59,837 nt of DNA, filler included, from Circinaria calcarea (GCA_051942165.1; 4 parts of 4 records of this genome joined end to end with filler, not necessarily neighbours in it); one strand, 5' to 3'. Shown: positions 1 through 12,868, counted from the first letter of the whole stretch. Notes: a model not told the origin generated them from the letters alone. Numbers and translations: made by a program.

Positions 1-335
1 GAATATAATAAATCCCGATTAATAATAACACGGTTATATAAAATATAATTAAATTATTATTTTAAATTTAATATTAAAAAATAATATTAAAAAATAATAT
101 TAAATATAATTTATAAATATATTATTTTAAAGAGCGCGGAATAGTTTATTTATATAATATTAATATTTCTTAATAATTTTTTTACTCCCTGGGATCCTTA
201 GGAGCTATCGGGAGCATAATACGTGATATGTTCTCACTGCTCCCTGCTAAGTCTTGGGAGCACCCGGGAGCGCCCGGCTCCTGGTTGCCCCGTTCCGGCA
301 CTCGGCCTGCCAGGGTATGGCGTCGCGCCATAACA
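1..335. mobile_element. AT-rich degraded repeat at contig edge, possibly the end of an LTR
   Basis: Bases 1-180 are extremely AT/TpA-rich (RIP-like), followed by short GGGAGC/CTCCC repeats ending in CATAACA (329-335), the reverse complement of a TGTTATG-type LTR start. The LTR identity is inference. Confidence 0.35.
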
Positions 336-1281
336 ACCACCACTCGTTTTTTTATATACAAGTAACATGCAGTGCTATTATAATCACGAATTTTTAACGC
401 ATTTCTACAAGTGAAAGGTTATATGAAAGCCTTGATTAAGGCGACAAAAATGAGCCCCCACATGCTAGAATCCGTTGTATGCGTAGTAGTAAAGATCGCA
501 TTTTAATATATACGTATTTACGTGGGAGCTGCGCGGAAGGGTAAACCCCGAACCCTGTAAAGGGCATCGGCCCAGCAGGGATAAGAAGACAATATAGTTA
601 GGAAAGAAATCCAACTACCTACAATGCGGCATTCAGAGGTGTAAGAGAAATAGCTGGTATCCCAGTCCCTCAACTTTGCAGCATTCGTGCTATGACTAAC
701 TTACAGATACTACTTACTTCCTTGTTGCTCAGTACGACAACCCTCGGGCCAGGCAAGGAGTCAAAGCAGATTGACTCCTCAGGGGCATGCAAGATTGAGA
801 TGGTGTGCTGCGGCTCATCTATACCACAAAGTTTTGATATTGATCGTACTCAGATTGGCTTTGCGTCCAGTTGACACCTCGTGTTGACAGTTGTCTATAT
901 ATCAATTGGCCTTTCCCTCTACTCAATGTGCGGCCACACTCTCATCCAGCTCGACTGGCTGGCTAGTCCTCACATCCAGCCCGTCAATGTCGACGGACGC
1001 TCTCTGGGCCAAAGGATGAACCAGTCCAAATGAGTTGAGAAGCACTACGAGGAAGGAAGGGAGGGCTTGGTTAACATATACGCCCAGAAGAGCAGGAAAG
1101 CTCTGCGCGTCGCCTGCGGAGCCTGAAGATGGGCCCCAGGGAAGGCAAGAAACGAGATATGTACCCCCAGATATGTATTCAGGCTGGCAAGTGATTCCCC
1201 TTGAACCGAGAGCCCGTGTCTTGCGAACGAAGCTATGGTCTGACAGGATAGTGCTTACACGGTTTTTGTGATGTGCCTGGA

Positions 1282-1331
1282 TGACCCTGACGGACCCGAG
1301 TTGAGTTGACCCTGACGTACCCGAGTTGGGT
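1282..1331. promoter_or_regulatory. 25-bp tandem repeat in the NR-PKS promoter carrying the shared cluster motif (AACTCGGGT on the minus strand)
   Basis: TGACCCTGACGGACCCGAGTTGAGT (1282-1306) and TGACCCTGACGTACCCGAGTTGGGT (1307-1331), 2 mismatches, about 250-300 bp upstream of the ATG; TATA-like GATATATAG at 1472. Confidence 0.6.
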
Positions 1332-1581
1332 TAAACGTGTATACATTCCGACCTGCAGTCTAATTTCGGGCCAATTACCGGTGAAAATTGAGTCTGATGC
1401 CTTGACTGGGCTAGCAAGTCTGGATCTTACCTTCTCGTACTGAAATACCGACTTGAGATTCAGATACCAGGGATATATAGTGCGCCCTTACTTACTCCCA
1501 ATTTACTTCCTCTGTTTCCACACAGTACTCTCAACTTGTTGTACCTCCTTTTAACAAGGAGGAATCTTAAAAATAATTACA

Positions 1582-4500
1582 ATGTCTGGAATCAAGACAG
1601 ATGGCCTCCTCCCGGAGGACACGCCGCCCAACGCTATCGCTGTCATCGGCATGGGATGTAAATTCCCTGGAGCCGACTCAGTCGAAGAATTCTGGCGCAT
1701 CTTAGACGCGGGACAGTCAATGCTGAGCGAGCCTCCCAGCAGACGCTTTCCGACCCATGACCACCAACGCAACACCGGAAAGATGGTATATTTTAGCAAC
1801 TTTCTCGACGACATTGCAAGCTTTGACCACCGCTTCTTCAAGAAGTCCAGCCGCGAGGCAGCGTCGATGGACCCTCAACAACGACTTTTGCTGGAGGTTT
1901 CCTATCAAGCGTTGGAATCTTCTGGCTTCTTCGGTCCTCATGAACCGGACCTTGACGTTGGCTGTTTTATCGGAGTATGCGCGTCTGACTATAATGATAA
2001 TGTGGCTAGTCATCCGTCAAACGCTTTCTCGGCACTAGGGACCTTGAGAGCCTTCGTTCCAGGTAGAGTCAGCCACTTCTTTGGGTTATCTGGACCCTCG
2101 ATTGCTTTAGACACGGCCTGTTCATCGTCAGCAGTTGCCATCGATGCTGCCTGTAAGGCAATCCTCCATGGCGACTGCAAGAGCGCCATTGCCGGTGGTG
2201 TCTCAGTTTTCACGAGTCCATTCTTCTACCAAAACCTATCGGCTGCCTCTTTCCTTAGTCCCACCGGTGCGAGTAAATCGTTCGATGCCAGTGCTGATGG
2301 CTACTGTCGTGGAGAAGGCGTTGGTCTCGTGGTCTTGAAGCGACTTTCGCAAGCTGTCGCAGATGGCGATACCGTCCTAGGCACGATTCTCGCCACCTCG
2401 GTCAGACAGAGCAGCAACAGGGTGCCCATCACTGTTCCCTACAGCCCATCGCAGACGGCGCTGTATCGCAAGCTCTTGAGTACAGCTGGTATCGCTGCCG
2501 AGGACGTCACTTACGTCGAAGCTCACGGCACGGGCACGCCCGTCGGTGATCCTCTCGAATACGAAGCTATCAAGGAGGTGTTTGGCAGCAAGTCGAGACG
2601 AGAGCCACTTCATTTCGCCTCCGTGAAGGGGAACATCGGACACACCGAAGGAGCCTCTGGAGTGGCCGGCCTCATCAAAACCATTCTAATGATGCAGAAC
2701 CGCGCCATCCCCAAACAGGCTAATTATGTGTCGGTGCATCCCAAGATCACCCTTATACCAGGGCAGTTGTCTATCCCGACAGAGACCATTCCGTGGACTG
2801 CCAATACGCTCATCGCGTGTGTTAACAATTATGGAGCTGCAGGTAGCATCGCTGCTATGGTTGTCAAGGAAGCGCATCCAAATAAGGGGCAGGGGCAGAG
2901 TCTGCAGACTACCAGGGCTCGAGGGCTGAAAAAATGTCCGCTCATCCTCACTGCCAACAGTGTTAAGAGTCTCGGTGAGAACTGCGCTAAGTTGAGGGAC
3001 TATGTGTCCTCGTTCCACCAGGACCCTGCTTCGGCCGCGAATATGCTGGTGGATCTCACTTTCAACCTGAGTGATAAGCAAAATCGGACATTGCCCAACA
3101 TGTTCGCAACGACGGTCTCCAGCTTGTTAGATTTGGACAACCAGCTTCGTATTGTAGCCTCGAATCCCGATTCGAGGCTCTACCAAACCAACCCCAAGCC
3201 GAATCCCATCATTCTAATCTTCGGTGGTCAGACGGCTCGGTCTATAGGACTCAACAAGCACGTCTACGATACCTCAGCACTCCTTCGCAAGTACCTTGAT
3301 GAGTGTGACGAGATAACCAAAGGCTTTGGCTACCGGGGCATATACCCTGACATCTTCGATACGAAGCCCACAGACGACGTCGTTTTACTTCAGACGATGC
3401 AATTCGCCATGCATTACGCTTGCGCTCGATCATGGATTGCCTGCGGTCTGAAGGTTGATGGTGTTCTGGGCCATTCTTTTGGTCAGCTGGTTGCCTTGAC
3501 TGTGGCTGGCATTCTTTCGCTCGTAGATGGTCTCAAGCTGGTGCACGGACGAGCTGTCCTGATGCGCGACAAATGGGGTCCTGAAAGGGGCTCCATGATT
3601 GCTCTCGAAGCTGACCACGGGGACGCTCTGAGCCTCATCTCGTCAGTACGAAAGACCAGTGCCTCTTCTGACTTTGGACTCGACGTGGCATGCTTTAATG
3701 GGCCCAGGAGTCATGTTTTAGTTGGATCGTCTGCGGAAATTGACTCTGCTCTTGTCGAGGTGGCCAAGAAAGCCCCAACGGCTAAAGTCAAGGTCTTGGA
3801 TGTGACGCACGGCTTTCATTCGAGGTTCTGCGATCCCATCCTACCCGATTTGGAGAAGCTTGCCCAGGGTCTGACGTTCAACAAGCCCAAGATATACGTC
3901 GAGACCTGCTCTGATGGGGACACATGGCCGGTTGTCACGGCAAAGCTGATAGCCGACCACACTCGCACGCCCGTCTACTTTGAAGATGCAGTCAAGCGCA
4001 TCGAAGCCCGATACGGCGCATGTACGTGGTTGGAAGCCGGATCCAATACATCAGTCACCAGCATCGCTCGTCGCGCTCTATCCGACCAGAAGAGCAGCAA
4101 CAATACCAACACCAACAGCCTCTTCTGTCCCGTCAACTTGAGCCGAGATGACGCCCTGAGCGCATTAGCAGACATGACTGTCAACCTCTGGAAGCATGGT
4201 CACCATGTTCAGTTCTGGCCATTCCACCGCATCCATAGCCAAGACTATCGGGCTCTAAACCTACCTCCCTACCAGTTCGAGAAGACACGGCACTGGCTCG
4301 AGTTCAGCCTTCAGTCAGAGAAGACATCTGAGTCAGCCCCCGCGCTGCCCAAGACGCCTGAGCGGCCACTTATCGAGCAAGAGCCAGAGCCAGAGCCAGT
4401 ACTCATTACCTTCTCTGGCTTCCAGGATGCTGGAGATGGTGTTCGTGTTGGCCAGAAACAGGCTGTTTTCATGATTGACCCGCGTTCGGAGGAGTGGAAA

Positions 4501-7500
4501 GCACTTGTCGACGGTCATTCCGTGCTACATGAGCCTCTGTGTCCAGCACCTCTGTACATCGAACTGGTTCTGCAGGCTGCCAAGCAGCTTGCGGCCATCG
4601 AGAATATGCCCTGCGCACCATTTGCTCGCCTGGATGACCTAGAGATCACCTCGCCGCTGGGTATAAGTCAGGATAAAATCGTTCAGCTTGTCCTGAGGCC
4701 GTCCGACCAAACGGGATGCAAGTTCAATTTCTCTTTCCTTGCACAAGGACGTCACACGGGCTCCGGAAGACAGGACACGCTTCAAGTGTCTCAGGTAACA
4801 ACTACTCACGCTGATGGGAGAGTTGAGATCATTCCAGCTGACGACACTGCCGTTACTGCTGAGCTCGAACGGACGAGGAAGCTCCTCCAGCACATGCCCC
4901 TGAACCAGAGCCAGGACCGAGACCAGAAGTTCGCCGAGATGGTCACGCAGCCTGGCGGCGAGGCTGTTCATGGTACACTCGTATACAAGGTGTTCTCCAC
5001 GGTTGTACAATACCGTGACTTTTACAAAGGCGTTCGCAGAGTTGCCAGCAACAACGACGGTGCAGTGGTGGCAGAGGTTTACCTGCCAAAATCACAGCCG
5101 AGCTGCATCCAGGAGCTCCTCTCCATGCCAGTGGCCATCGACAACTTCTTCCAGGTTCCTGGGTTATATGCAAATTGCCTCGCACCGTGTCCGTCAGACG
5201 AGGTCTTTGTCTCCACGCACGTCGATCGCATCCAGTTGTCGCCCGAATTCGGCAAGCTGCAGGTCGAGGGGAAAAGCCACGGCTGGGATGTTTTTGCTAT
5301 ATCCACCGCAACAAGCGACAAGGAAAGTAGCAACGACATTTTCGTCACTGACCAGGTTACTGGCCAGCTCGTTTTTGTCGCATTTGGTGCAAAATTCAGT
5401 AGGGTACGAACCACATCCCTTGCAAAGATTCTGTCTCGTGCGAATTCGGACAATGCATCTGCAGTTATAGTTTCTACATCTGCTCAACGAGGTCGTGTTG
5501 AGAATACCCTGGATCCTTTTATAGCACCTCAGGTGAAGCCCCAAGCAATCACCTCGAGTCACTTGCATTATCCTCGTCCTGTCCAGCCGCAGCAGCCTCC
5601 ATCTTCAAGCAGAAAAATCCCCGTTGATCAAAGCCCGCCGTCGTTGCCGTCTCTTAATGGAACCGGGCCTCAAATATTTAGCGTGGAAAATGAATTACGA
5701 GAAATGCTCAGCAAGATGACAGACCTACCCGCGGATCAATTTCAGGGACATTTCACACTCGATAAGCTTGGCATCGACTCTCTGATGATCACAGAGATTG
5801 TATCAGAGGTTTTTGAAGTCTTTCATATATCGATACCGCAGGATCGTCTCCAGGATTTACAGACCGTTTCATCTCTCTGTAAATATCTAGATACCCATAA
5901 TAGTCGACAAGGATCTCAGAAAGAATTGGACATCCCTCAGCCTGAGGTAACTCCATTCACACTTCCACTTCCACATACACTGCCCAGCCACCCAACTGCG
6001 AACCAACAGATTAACCTCGGCCATAGAATCGAACAAATTACATCAGTGGCCGGAAGTTCCAAGATTAAAAAGTACGATCAGCATCAGGATCTGGTGTCGC
6101 GGTTGGCGAGCCTGTTAGGCAGCCATCTTGATTGTCCAGCGAGCGACTTTGAGCGCTCGACGAACCTCGTAGATCACGGCCTAGACTCTCTTCTCTGTAT
6201 GGAACTCATAAGCGACGTGGAGGAGATGTTTGGCGTCTCGATCGACCTATCTATTTTCACGGGTGACGGCAACTTCGGCCAACTTGCCGATATACTCGTC
6301 AGTGCGGTTGCGCCCTCTGGATATATAAGCACGACGAATTCGACCACAGCTGCTTCTACGCTGGTACAATCGTCTGGCCTCATCACACCTATCACCGTTC
6401 CTGATAATGGCGTCGACGAGGCCTATGTCTTGACAAGGACGACGAAGGCTTTTTTTGCTTCTTCGACAATCGATGTTCTGGCTAGCGCAGCTCGGGAATT
6501 CGAGGGCATCAAGGGTGATTTCGACAAGCTTGCAGACGAGTACGAGTTCAGTGACTTCTACGGTAGGGTATACGACAAGCAGGCACACTTGGTTCTAGCC
6601 TACGCCGCAGAGGCCTTCTCGGACCTTGGCATCGACCTAAGTTCGTTAGGACCTGGTGACCGGATCCCCAGAATCAGTGTGGTACCAAAACATAACCGCA
6701 TGCTTGATGTTCTCCACGAAATCCTCCGTCATGGCAAGTTGGTCGACTACGACGGTAGAGGATATATTCGCTCGGACGTGCCTGTCGAGACGATCAACTC
6801 TAGCATCCTTTTCAGAGACATCGTGACGCAGTTTCCCCAGCATGCCAAGGAGCACATGCTCTTGAGTCTCTGCGGAGCTGACATGTCCAAGTTCTTGAGT
6901 GGCAAGATGGATCCCCTCTCCGTCCTATTCGGGAGCAAGGCGAACCGAATCATTCTCGAAGACGTGTACACCACGGCTCCCATGTTTATCATCATGTCGC
7001 AGCTTCTCACATCATTTCTCGAAAAGGCATTGAGCACATCAGTACCTGGACCCGACGGTAAGTTCCACATCGTCGAGTTGGGAGCAGGCACAGGCGCTAC
7101 GACACGTTGGGTCGTAGATCGTCTTGTGCAGCGGGGGATACTCATTGAGTACACTTTCACCGACATCTCGGCTGCACTGGTGTCAGCGGCCAAGCGCAAG
7201 TTCGCCAAGTTAGACTGTATTAGATATGCCACTATCGACATCGAAAAGGAGCCTCCAGCCCAATATCAGGGGCAATTTGACATTGTACTCGCAACCAATT
7301 GCATCCACGCCACCAGCAGCCTTTCCAACTCTCTGGGCAATATCAGCAAGCTCTTGCGGCCCCACGGCTTTGTGTCGCTGGTTGAGTTGACGACTAGGAA
7401 TTTTTGGTTAGACATGGTCTTCGGTCTTCTCGACGGCTGGTGGCTATATGATGACGGGCGCCCTTATGTGCTCGCGACCCCAGAGTTCTGGGAAAAGTCC

Positions 7501-8751
7501 ATGCGACAAACTGGATTTCAACACGTTTCATGGACGGGCGGGCACACGCGCGAGTCTGAGGTCGTCAGGGTCATCACCGGTTTTAAACAGCCAGTCGAGG
7601 ATCCATCCTCGTATCGCAGTACACCCCAGGAGAAAGCCGGTGGTGTTGAGACGGTTGTTTTCGCGCACACTGACAAGAAACTTCCGCTACGAGCAGACGT
7701 CCACTATCCTTCGCCGTCCCAGGCGTCCGCTCTCGGGACTTGGGTCGCTGGTACGGTACAAGTCTGCTTATCTACATAGATACGCTGGAGCTGACGCTGC
7801 TCTGGTGCAGGCTTGATGCTCCATGGAGGGGGCCATGTAATGCTATCACGTCAGGATTTGCGTCCGCGCCAAATCCAACTTCTCCTCGACAACGGCGTGC
7901 TGCCTGTAGCCGTAGACTACAGACTCTGCCCAGAGACCACAATTCTGGACGGACCGCTCGTTGACGTCAGCAACGCATATGCCTGGCTACGGAACACGCT
8001 GCCATCGTTGAAGCTTACACAGACTAATACCAATAGACTGCTCGATCCCACCCGGGCTGTGGTTATCGGCTGGTCGACTGGGGGCACGCTGGCCATGTCC
8101 TTAGCCTGGACCTCTATATCACGTGGGATCCCACCTCCCGACGCCATTTTGGTCTTTTACTGCCCAACCAACTACGAAGACGACTTTTGGCGAAAGCCCA
8201 ATATCCCAGACCACTCCGACAGGTTTGCACACGAAACATATAACGTTATTGATGGGGTTTTCCCCACGCCCATCACCTCGTACAATGTGCCTTCCAAGAT
8301 GATGGCAGCAGCAGGCTGGATAGCGCCGAAAGATCCTCGCAGTCGGGTGGTACTCCACATGAACTGGCACGGACAAACGCTGCCTGTTCTTTTCAGGGGC
8401 CTCCCATCAGCATCGAGTGTGTCACCACAAGCTGCGGCTCGTTTCAACCAACTGGAACAACCGCCGAGAGAGGACATCGTGCGGGCTAGCCCCTACGCGC
8501 AGATAGTTCGGGGCAACTACAAGTCGCCAACGCATGTCGTGTTTGGCACCAGTGACGATCTGATTCCGTGGCAGCAGGCCCAGCGGACGGTGGAGGTGAT
8601 GAGAGACGCGGGCGTCGAGTCTGGGCTTACGCTCGCGCCGGGTCAGCCTCACCTATTTGATATGTATCGGGATCCTGACGGAATTCGCTGGGGTTATATT
8701 ACGGAGGGATATAAATTTCTGCTACGGAGGATTGGGAGAGAAATTATATAA
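1582..8751 (+). CDS. Non-reducing iterative PKS, KS-AT-PT-ACP-ACP-CMeT-esterase (methylorsellinic-acid-synthase type), no N-terminal SAT; join(1582..7750,7811..8751), 2369 aa
   Basis: KS DTACSSS, HGTGT, NIGHTE; AT GHSFG; PT His/Asp dyad (GHSVLHEP, AIDNFFQ); two ACPs (LGIDSL, HGLDSL); CMeT ELGAGTG and NCIHAT. A 60-nt GT-AG intron (gtacgg...gctgac...cag) joins in frame to an alpha/beta hydrolase with HGGG, GWSTGG, DD and H, as at the C-terminus of MpaC/AusA-type PKSs. Confidence 0.95.
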
Positions 8752-8892
8752 ATTATTATAATGGAATAATAATGCTGGACAGGTTAATCTTAAAATATAT
8801 AATATAAATTTTCGAAATTCCAGAGCATTATTTGAATTTAAGAATTTTATTTCAAAAAATATAATTATACGATATATTTATTTAAATCTAAA
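8745..8892. repeat. AT-rich, RIP-like spacer directly after the PKS stop codon
   Basis: Abrupt switch to TpA-rich low-GC sequence between the PKS and the P450 promoter. Confidence 0.4.
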
Positions 8893-8893
8893 T

Positions 8894-8943
8894 CACTCGG
8901 GTCCGATAACTCGGCCGTGGTAGCTGAACAACTCGGGTCCGAT
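8894..8943 (+). promoter_or_regulatory. Clustered shared motif in the P450 promoter
   Basis: CACTCGGGTCCGAT (8894-8907), AACTCGGCC (8908-8916) and AACTCGGGTCCGAT (8930-8943); GC-rich islands in AT-rich DNA with CGG-N2-CCG geometry. Confidence 0.6.
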
Positions 8944-9098
8944 TAATTTAATTAATAGTAAATTTAATAAATCTAGGAACTTATCCCCAAAAAGCTCGCG
9001 AGCCCGGTCAAATTTATATACTTGCGCAATAATTTGTCTAAAGTCGGCTATCAAGGGCACGACCTGACTTGCAGACATTAAACTCACCCAGTATCGCT

Positions 9099-11078
9099 AT
9101 GGATCTAGGAAAACTCTCTGAGCATCTCGACGGCAGGGCCTCCCGCTTGGCCGGGATTCTAGCCATTGTCGGCATCCTCGTGGCCGTTTTCAACACGTTC
9201 CATTCATATACGCGCTTAAGACATATCCCCGGGCCACGTCTGGCAGCTCTCACCAACCTTGTTCGTCGGTCGTGGGTCAAGACTGGTGACGCCCATCAGA
9301 TACACACCGATTTGCACCGGCGATATGGCACGGTGGTGCGGTTCGGACCCAATGCGGTCATGGTATCTCAGCCTAAGGCCATCGACAAGATCTATGGGTT
9401 CAAGACGAGATTTCAGAAGGCATGCTATACATTTTTCTTACCGGGGTTTTTCTCTCTGTGTAGGTAATCTGACACCTCTAACGGGCCAAATTATTAGTCC
9501 GAGTTTTACGATGCTATTATGCCCCGAATGAAGGGCGGCAAGATTCCAGACGCTTTCGCCACGCGTGACGAGGACGTGCATCGGCAAATGAGACGGCCTG
9601 TTGCTAATCTGTACTCGGTTACGAATTTAATCACGTTCGAGACCCTCATGACGTCTACTGTGCAATATTTCTTTGTCCGCTTGGACGAGCTGTTTGCTAA
9701 CAAAGGCGTCGATCTGGACCTCTTCAACTGGATCCAGTTCTTCATGTTCGACGTCCTTGGTGAGGTCACGTTTTCTCGGGGGCTGGGGTGTCTCGAAAAA
9801 GGGGGAGATCCCGAGGACATCATCCACGACATCTGGCTCTACTTCAAGAAAATTGCAGCAGTGCGTGTCTATCCCGAGGTCGTTCTTTCAGGCAGTCTCG
9901 ATCTCCTCGCTAATCGTTTGTCAACCCTTAGAACACCCAGATGCCCTGGCTCGATTACTTGTGGAGGGATAATCCTCTAATCCCCGTCTCGTCCAAAAGG
10001 AATACGCTAGCCGAGTTCGGCGCTTCTCGGATCATGGAGCGGATAAGTCTGACCGAGGACGAGAAGCAAAACATCAGCCAGAGAGATTTCCTCTCGTGTT
10101 TCATAAAGGAGAAGGCCAAGGACGATACGCTGCCTGATATGTAAGGACCTAGTTTGCTCAAGACTTGGCGGCAAATATTACGTGCATACGAAACTGATGC
10201 ATAACGTACGCACAGGTTCATTCCCACATGGGTCAATTCCAACATCGTGGCAGGTGCAGATACGACTAGCATACTGGCCAGTGCCGCGATGTATCATCTT
10301 CTCAAGAACCCTTCCTCGCTCTCAAAGCTCAGAAAAGAGGTCGACGACGCCGCGGCTGAAGGCCGCATTTCCAGATACGTAACCTGGAAGGAGTCTCAAA
10401 CCTTGCCCTACCTAGAAGCCTGCGTGAACGAGGCCACCAGAATGCATCCCCCTTTCGCCCTCCCCTTTGAGCGCGTGGTACCTGTGAATGGACTAGAGGT
10501 GGACGGCTATTTCATCCCCCCAGGCACAAGAGTCGGGATGGTAAAGACATCCTAATTCAGTTTTTTTTCTTCTTTTTTATTTAGATTCTTAAAGCCCGGG
10601 TTTTGCTGATATTTTCTTTGATGTTCTAGAGCCCATGGGCAACGCAACGTGAAGTGTCGCTGTACGGTAATGAACCTGAAGTCTGGCGACCAGAGCGATG
10701 GATGTGCGATGAAGAAAAGAGAACGGCCATGTACAACGGACTTCTCACGGTAAGTTTAATCACCATCACACACGACACCGAGCGAATTTCAACCTTTCGT
10801 ACGCACTTGGCTCACTCTTCAATTTTCTCAGTTTGGCGCCGGTCACCGAAGCTGCCTAGGAAAGCACCTTGCCTACTTCGAGATCTACAAGCTCATCCCG
10901 TCGCTTTTACAGCGCTACGATGTGAGTGGAAATGGAGGTATCTGTTCAAGTAGATTCAAACCCAATTAACAATCTCCGTCAGATCGAACTTGTAAGCCCA
11001 GCTGAGGACTGGTCTGTTGAGAACAAATGGCTTGCCAAGCCATCCGGGTTCCGTGTAAAACTGTTAACCCGCCGTTAG
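9099..11078 (+). CDS. Cytochrome P450, MpaD/CicH-like; exons 9099-9419, 9498-9860, 9932-10140, 10216-10540, 10630-10749, 10832-10921, 10983-11078
   Basis: N-terminal TM helix then IPGP; I-helix AGADTT; EATR (ExxR); PERW; heme motif [10 protein letters not shown]. All introns splice in frame (intron 1 is GC-AG). The pattern [11 protein letters not shown]...VRFGPN...[13 protein letters not shown] resembles the P450 half of MpaDE as I recall it. Confidence 0.92.
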
Positions 11079-11266
11079 GATTATATAAACATTTATATAT
11101 ATGCTTTTATGGCGCAGGTACATAAAATAGAGATAGAATTGATGCAGATATAATAAATAGATTATTGGGTCCGGACGCGAGTTGCCATGAGGCATATATG
11201 TGTGCTAGTTGTGGCTACACAACTTGCATCGCCTAAGATAGCTTGTCGTGTTGATTGAGTCGCATG

Positions 11267-11311
11267 CACTCGGGGCCCCCCTTAACTCGGGCCCCCCTTA
11301 ACTCGGGCCCC
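11267..11311 (+). promoter_or_regulatory. Triple tandem motif in the DMATS promoter
   Basis: CACTCGGGGCCCCCCTT, AACTCGGGCCCCCCTT and AACTCGGGCCCC (16-17 bp period), about 140-190 bp upstream of the ATG; GATATATA at 11368. Confidence 0.6.
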
Positions 11312-11452
11312 GTCGACTCGCATCCAAGCAGGGACTGCTACAATCATGTCGCATCAAGCATAAAAGTGATATATATCGTTACTACTCTCTCTGAAGCCAT
11401 GATATCAGTCAGTGGTCTGCCCTGAACCACCATCCCTCCATCGTAAATAACT

Positions 11453-12868
11453 ATGCCAGCTCTCATCACAAAGTCGCAGGGTCAACTGACACCACCACTC
11501 AAGGTATGGCATTCACTGCTAAAGAACTGTCTCCCGCCCGCGAGAGACAAAGATGTCGAGTTTTGGTGGCGACTCACCGGGTACCACCTAGCGGTCATGA
11601 TTGACGCGGCTGGCTATTCCACGGAGAAGCAGTATGAGACGCTGCTTTTCCATTATCACTGGATTGTAAGCAAGCAACCCCCGTCATAATGAAAGATATA
11701 ATGCTTAAGAAGTTTTCTGATGGGGGTCCACTGGGATGTTCAGGTGCCTCGATTGGGCCCAGCACCCGAGCCTGATGGCCGTCCTGTGTTCAAGTCGCTT
11801 ATAGCCTACGATGGTTCGCCCTTGGAGTACTCGTGGAAATGGAACACTACGAGTGGCGAACCCGACATCCGCTACTCCTGGGAGGCAATCAGCGACGCCT
11901 CAGGTACGGCCGCTGACCCGTTGAACCATGATCCCACGCTGGACTACATGGAGAAGGTGTCGACGGTGCTCCCAGGCACCAATTTCACTTGGTATCGTCA
12001 CTTCCTGGCCGAGCTGTTCGACTCGGATAGGTCCGTATACGCCAAGGAGCTGGAACAGGGTGACCCACCGGCCACGACCCTCATGCACGCGGTCGAGTAC
12101 AACAAGAAGGCCAGCTTCGGGCTCAAGTCGTACTTCTTGCCAAGGAAACTGTTCCAAGGAGGAGACCCCGCGACTTTGCAGGAATGGGACGACGCCATCA
12201 TGAAGCTCAACCCCGGCAGAAGTCACCCTGGCCGGAATGCTCTGATGAATTTCCTTGCAACCAGCCCTGAGGGGCAGCTCATGAAGCCCAACGTTATGGG
12301 CATGGACGACGTGGAACCATCCAAGTCGCGGCTCAAGATGTACTTCACATCGCGCCACACCAGTTTCCAGTCGGTCCGAGAAGTCATGACCATGGGTGGA
12401 CTCCGAGATGTTTCCGAATCCAGTCTGCAGGACCTGCGCTCCCTGATTGTTGCCGTCTTGGGGCTTCCGGAGGATTACCCGGAGGATGCCGAGATTTCCG
12501 TCGAGTCGACCGGCGGCAACGAATGGCCTGACTTTGACGCACTATGCGAGGGATTCGTCTACTTCTTCGACATTGCTCCCACGAGTGGCAAGCCCGAGGT
12601 CAAGTTTTACTTGACCACGCGTAAATATGGGTCTGACGATCTGACCATCGCTCGGAATCTGATGGCTTGGCTGCGCGCCCACGGTCGCGGTGCCTATGCC
12701 GATGCCTACCTCGGTATGCTGGAGAAGCTTGCTGAGCACAGAGGGCTGGAGAATGGGAAGGGAATGCATGCTTACATCAGCTATCAATGTACCGAGAAGG
12801 GAGAACCAGACGTGAAGTCGTATATTTCTCCCGAGTTATATCACAAAGCGCGATATGCTGCAGTCTGA
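11453..12868 (+). CDS. DMATS-superfamily aromatic prenyltransferase, XptB-like (phenolic/polyketide acceptor type); join(11453..11665,11744..12868)
   Basis: FWWRLTGYHLA..AGYS.EKQYE.LLFHYHW|VPRLGP, DGSPLEYSWKWN, LKSYF, SRLKMY, VKFY and VKSYISP prenyl-diphosphate-binding motifs; 78-nt GT-AG intron. Confidence 0.92.

Noticed and set aside
4381..4398. Identical GAGCCAGAGCCAGAGCCA (EPEPEP) in both PKSs (also 45775-45792)
   Set aside because: A short hexamer microsatellite in non-homologous linker positions; most likely coincidence.
7813..8751. Stand-alone esterase gene
   Set aside because: A 60-nt canonical intron fuses it in frame to the PKS, and there is no room for a promoter.
11267..11311. 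CRISPR-like or mobile-element repeat
   Set aside because: Eukaryotic context, no spacers and only three short units; better explained as a promoter motif duplication.
1582..12868. Mycophenolic acid, usnic acid or atranorin cluster
   Set aside because: No IMPDH, UbiA prenyltransferase, O-methyltransferase or transporter on the contig. A DMATS is present instead and the PKS lacks SAT. The enzymes are related but the gene set differs.
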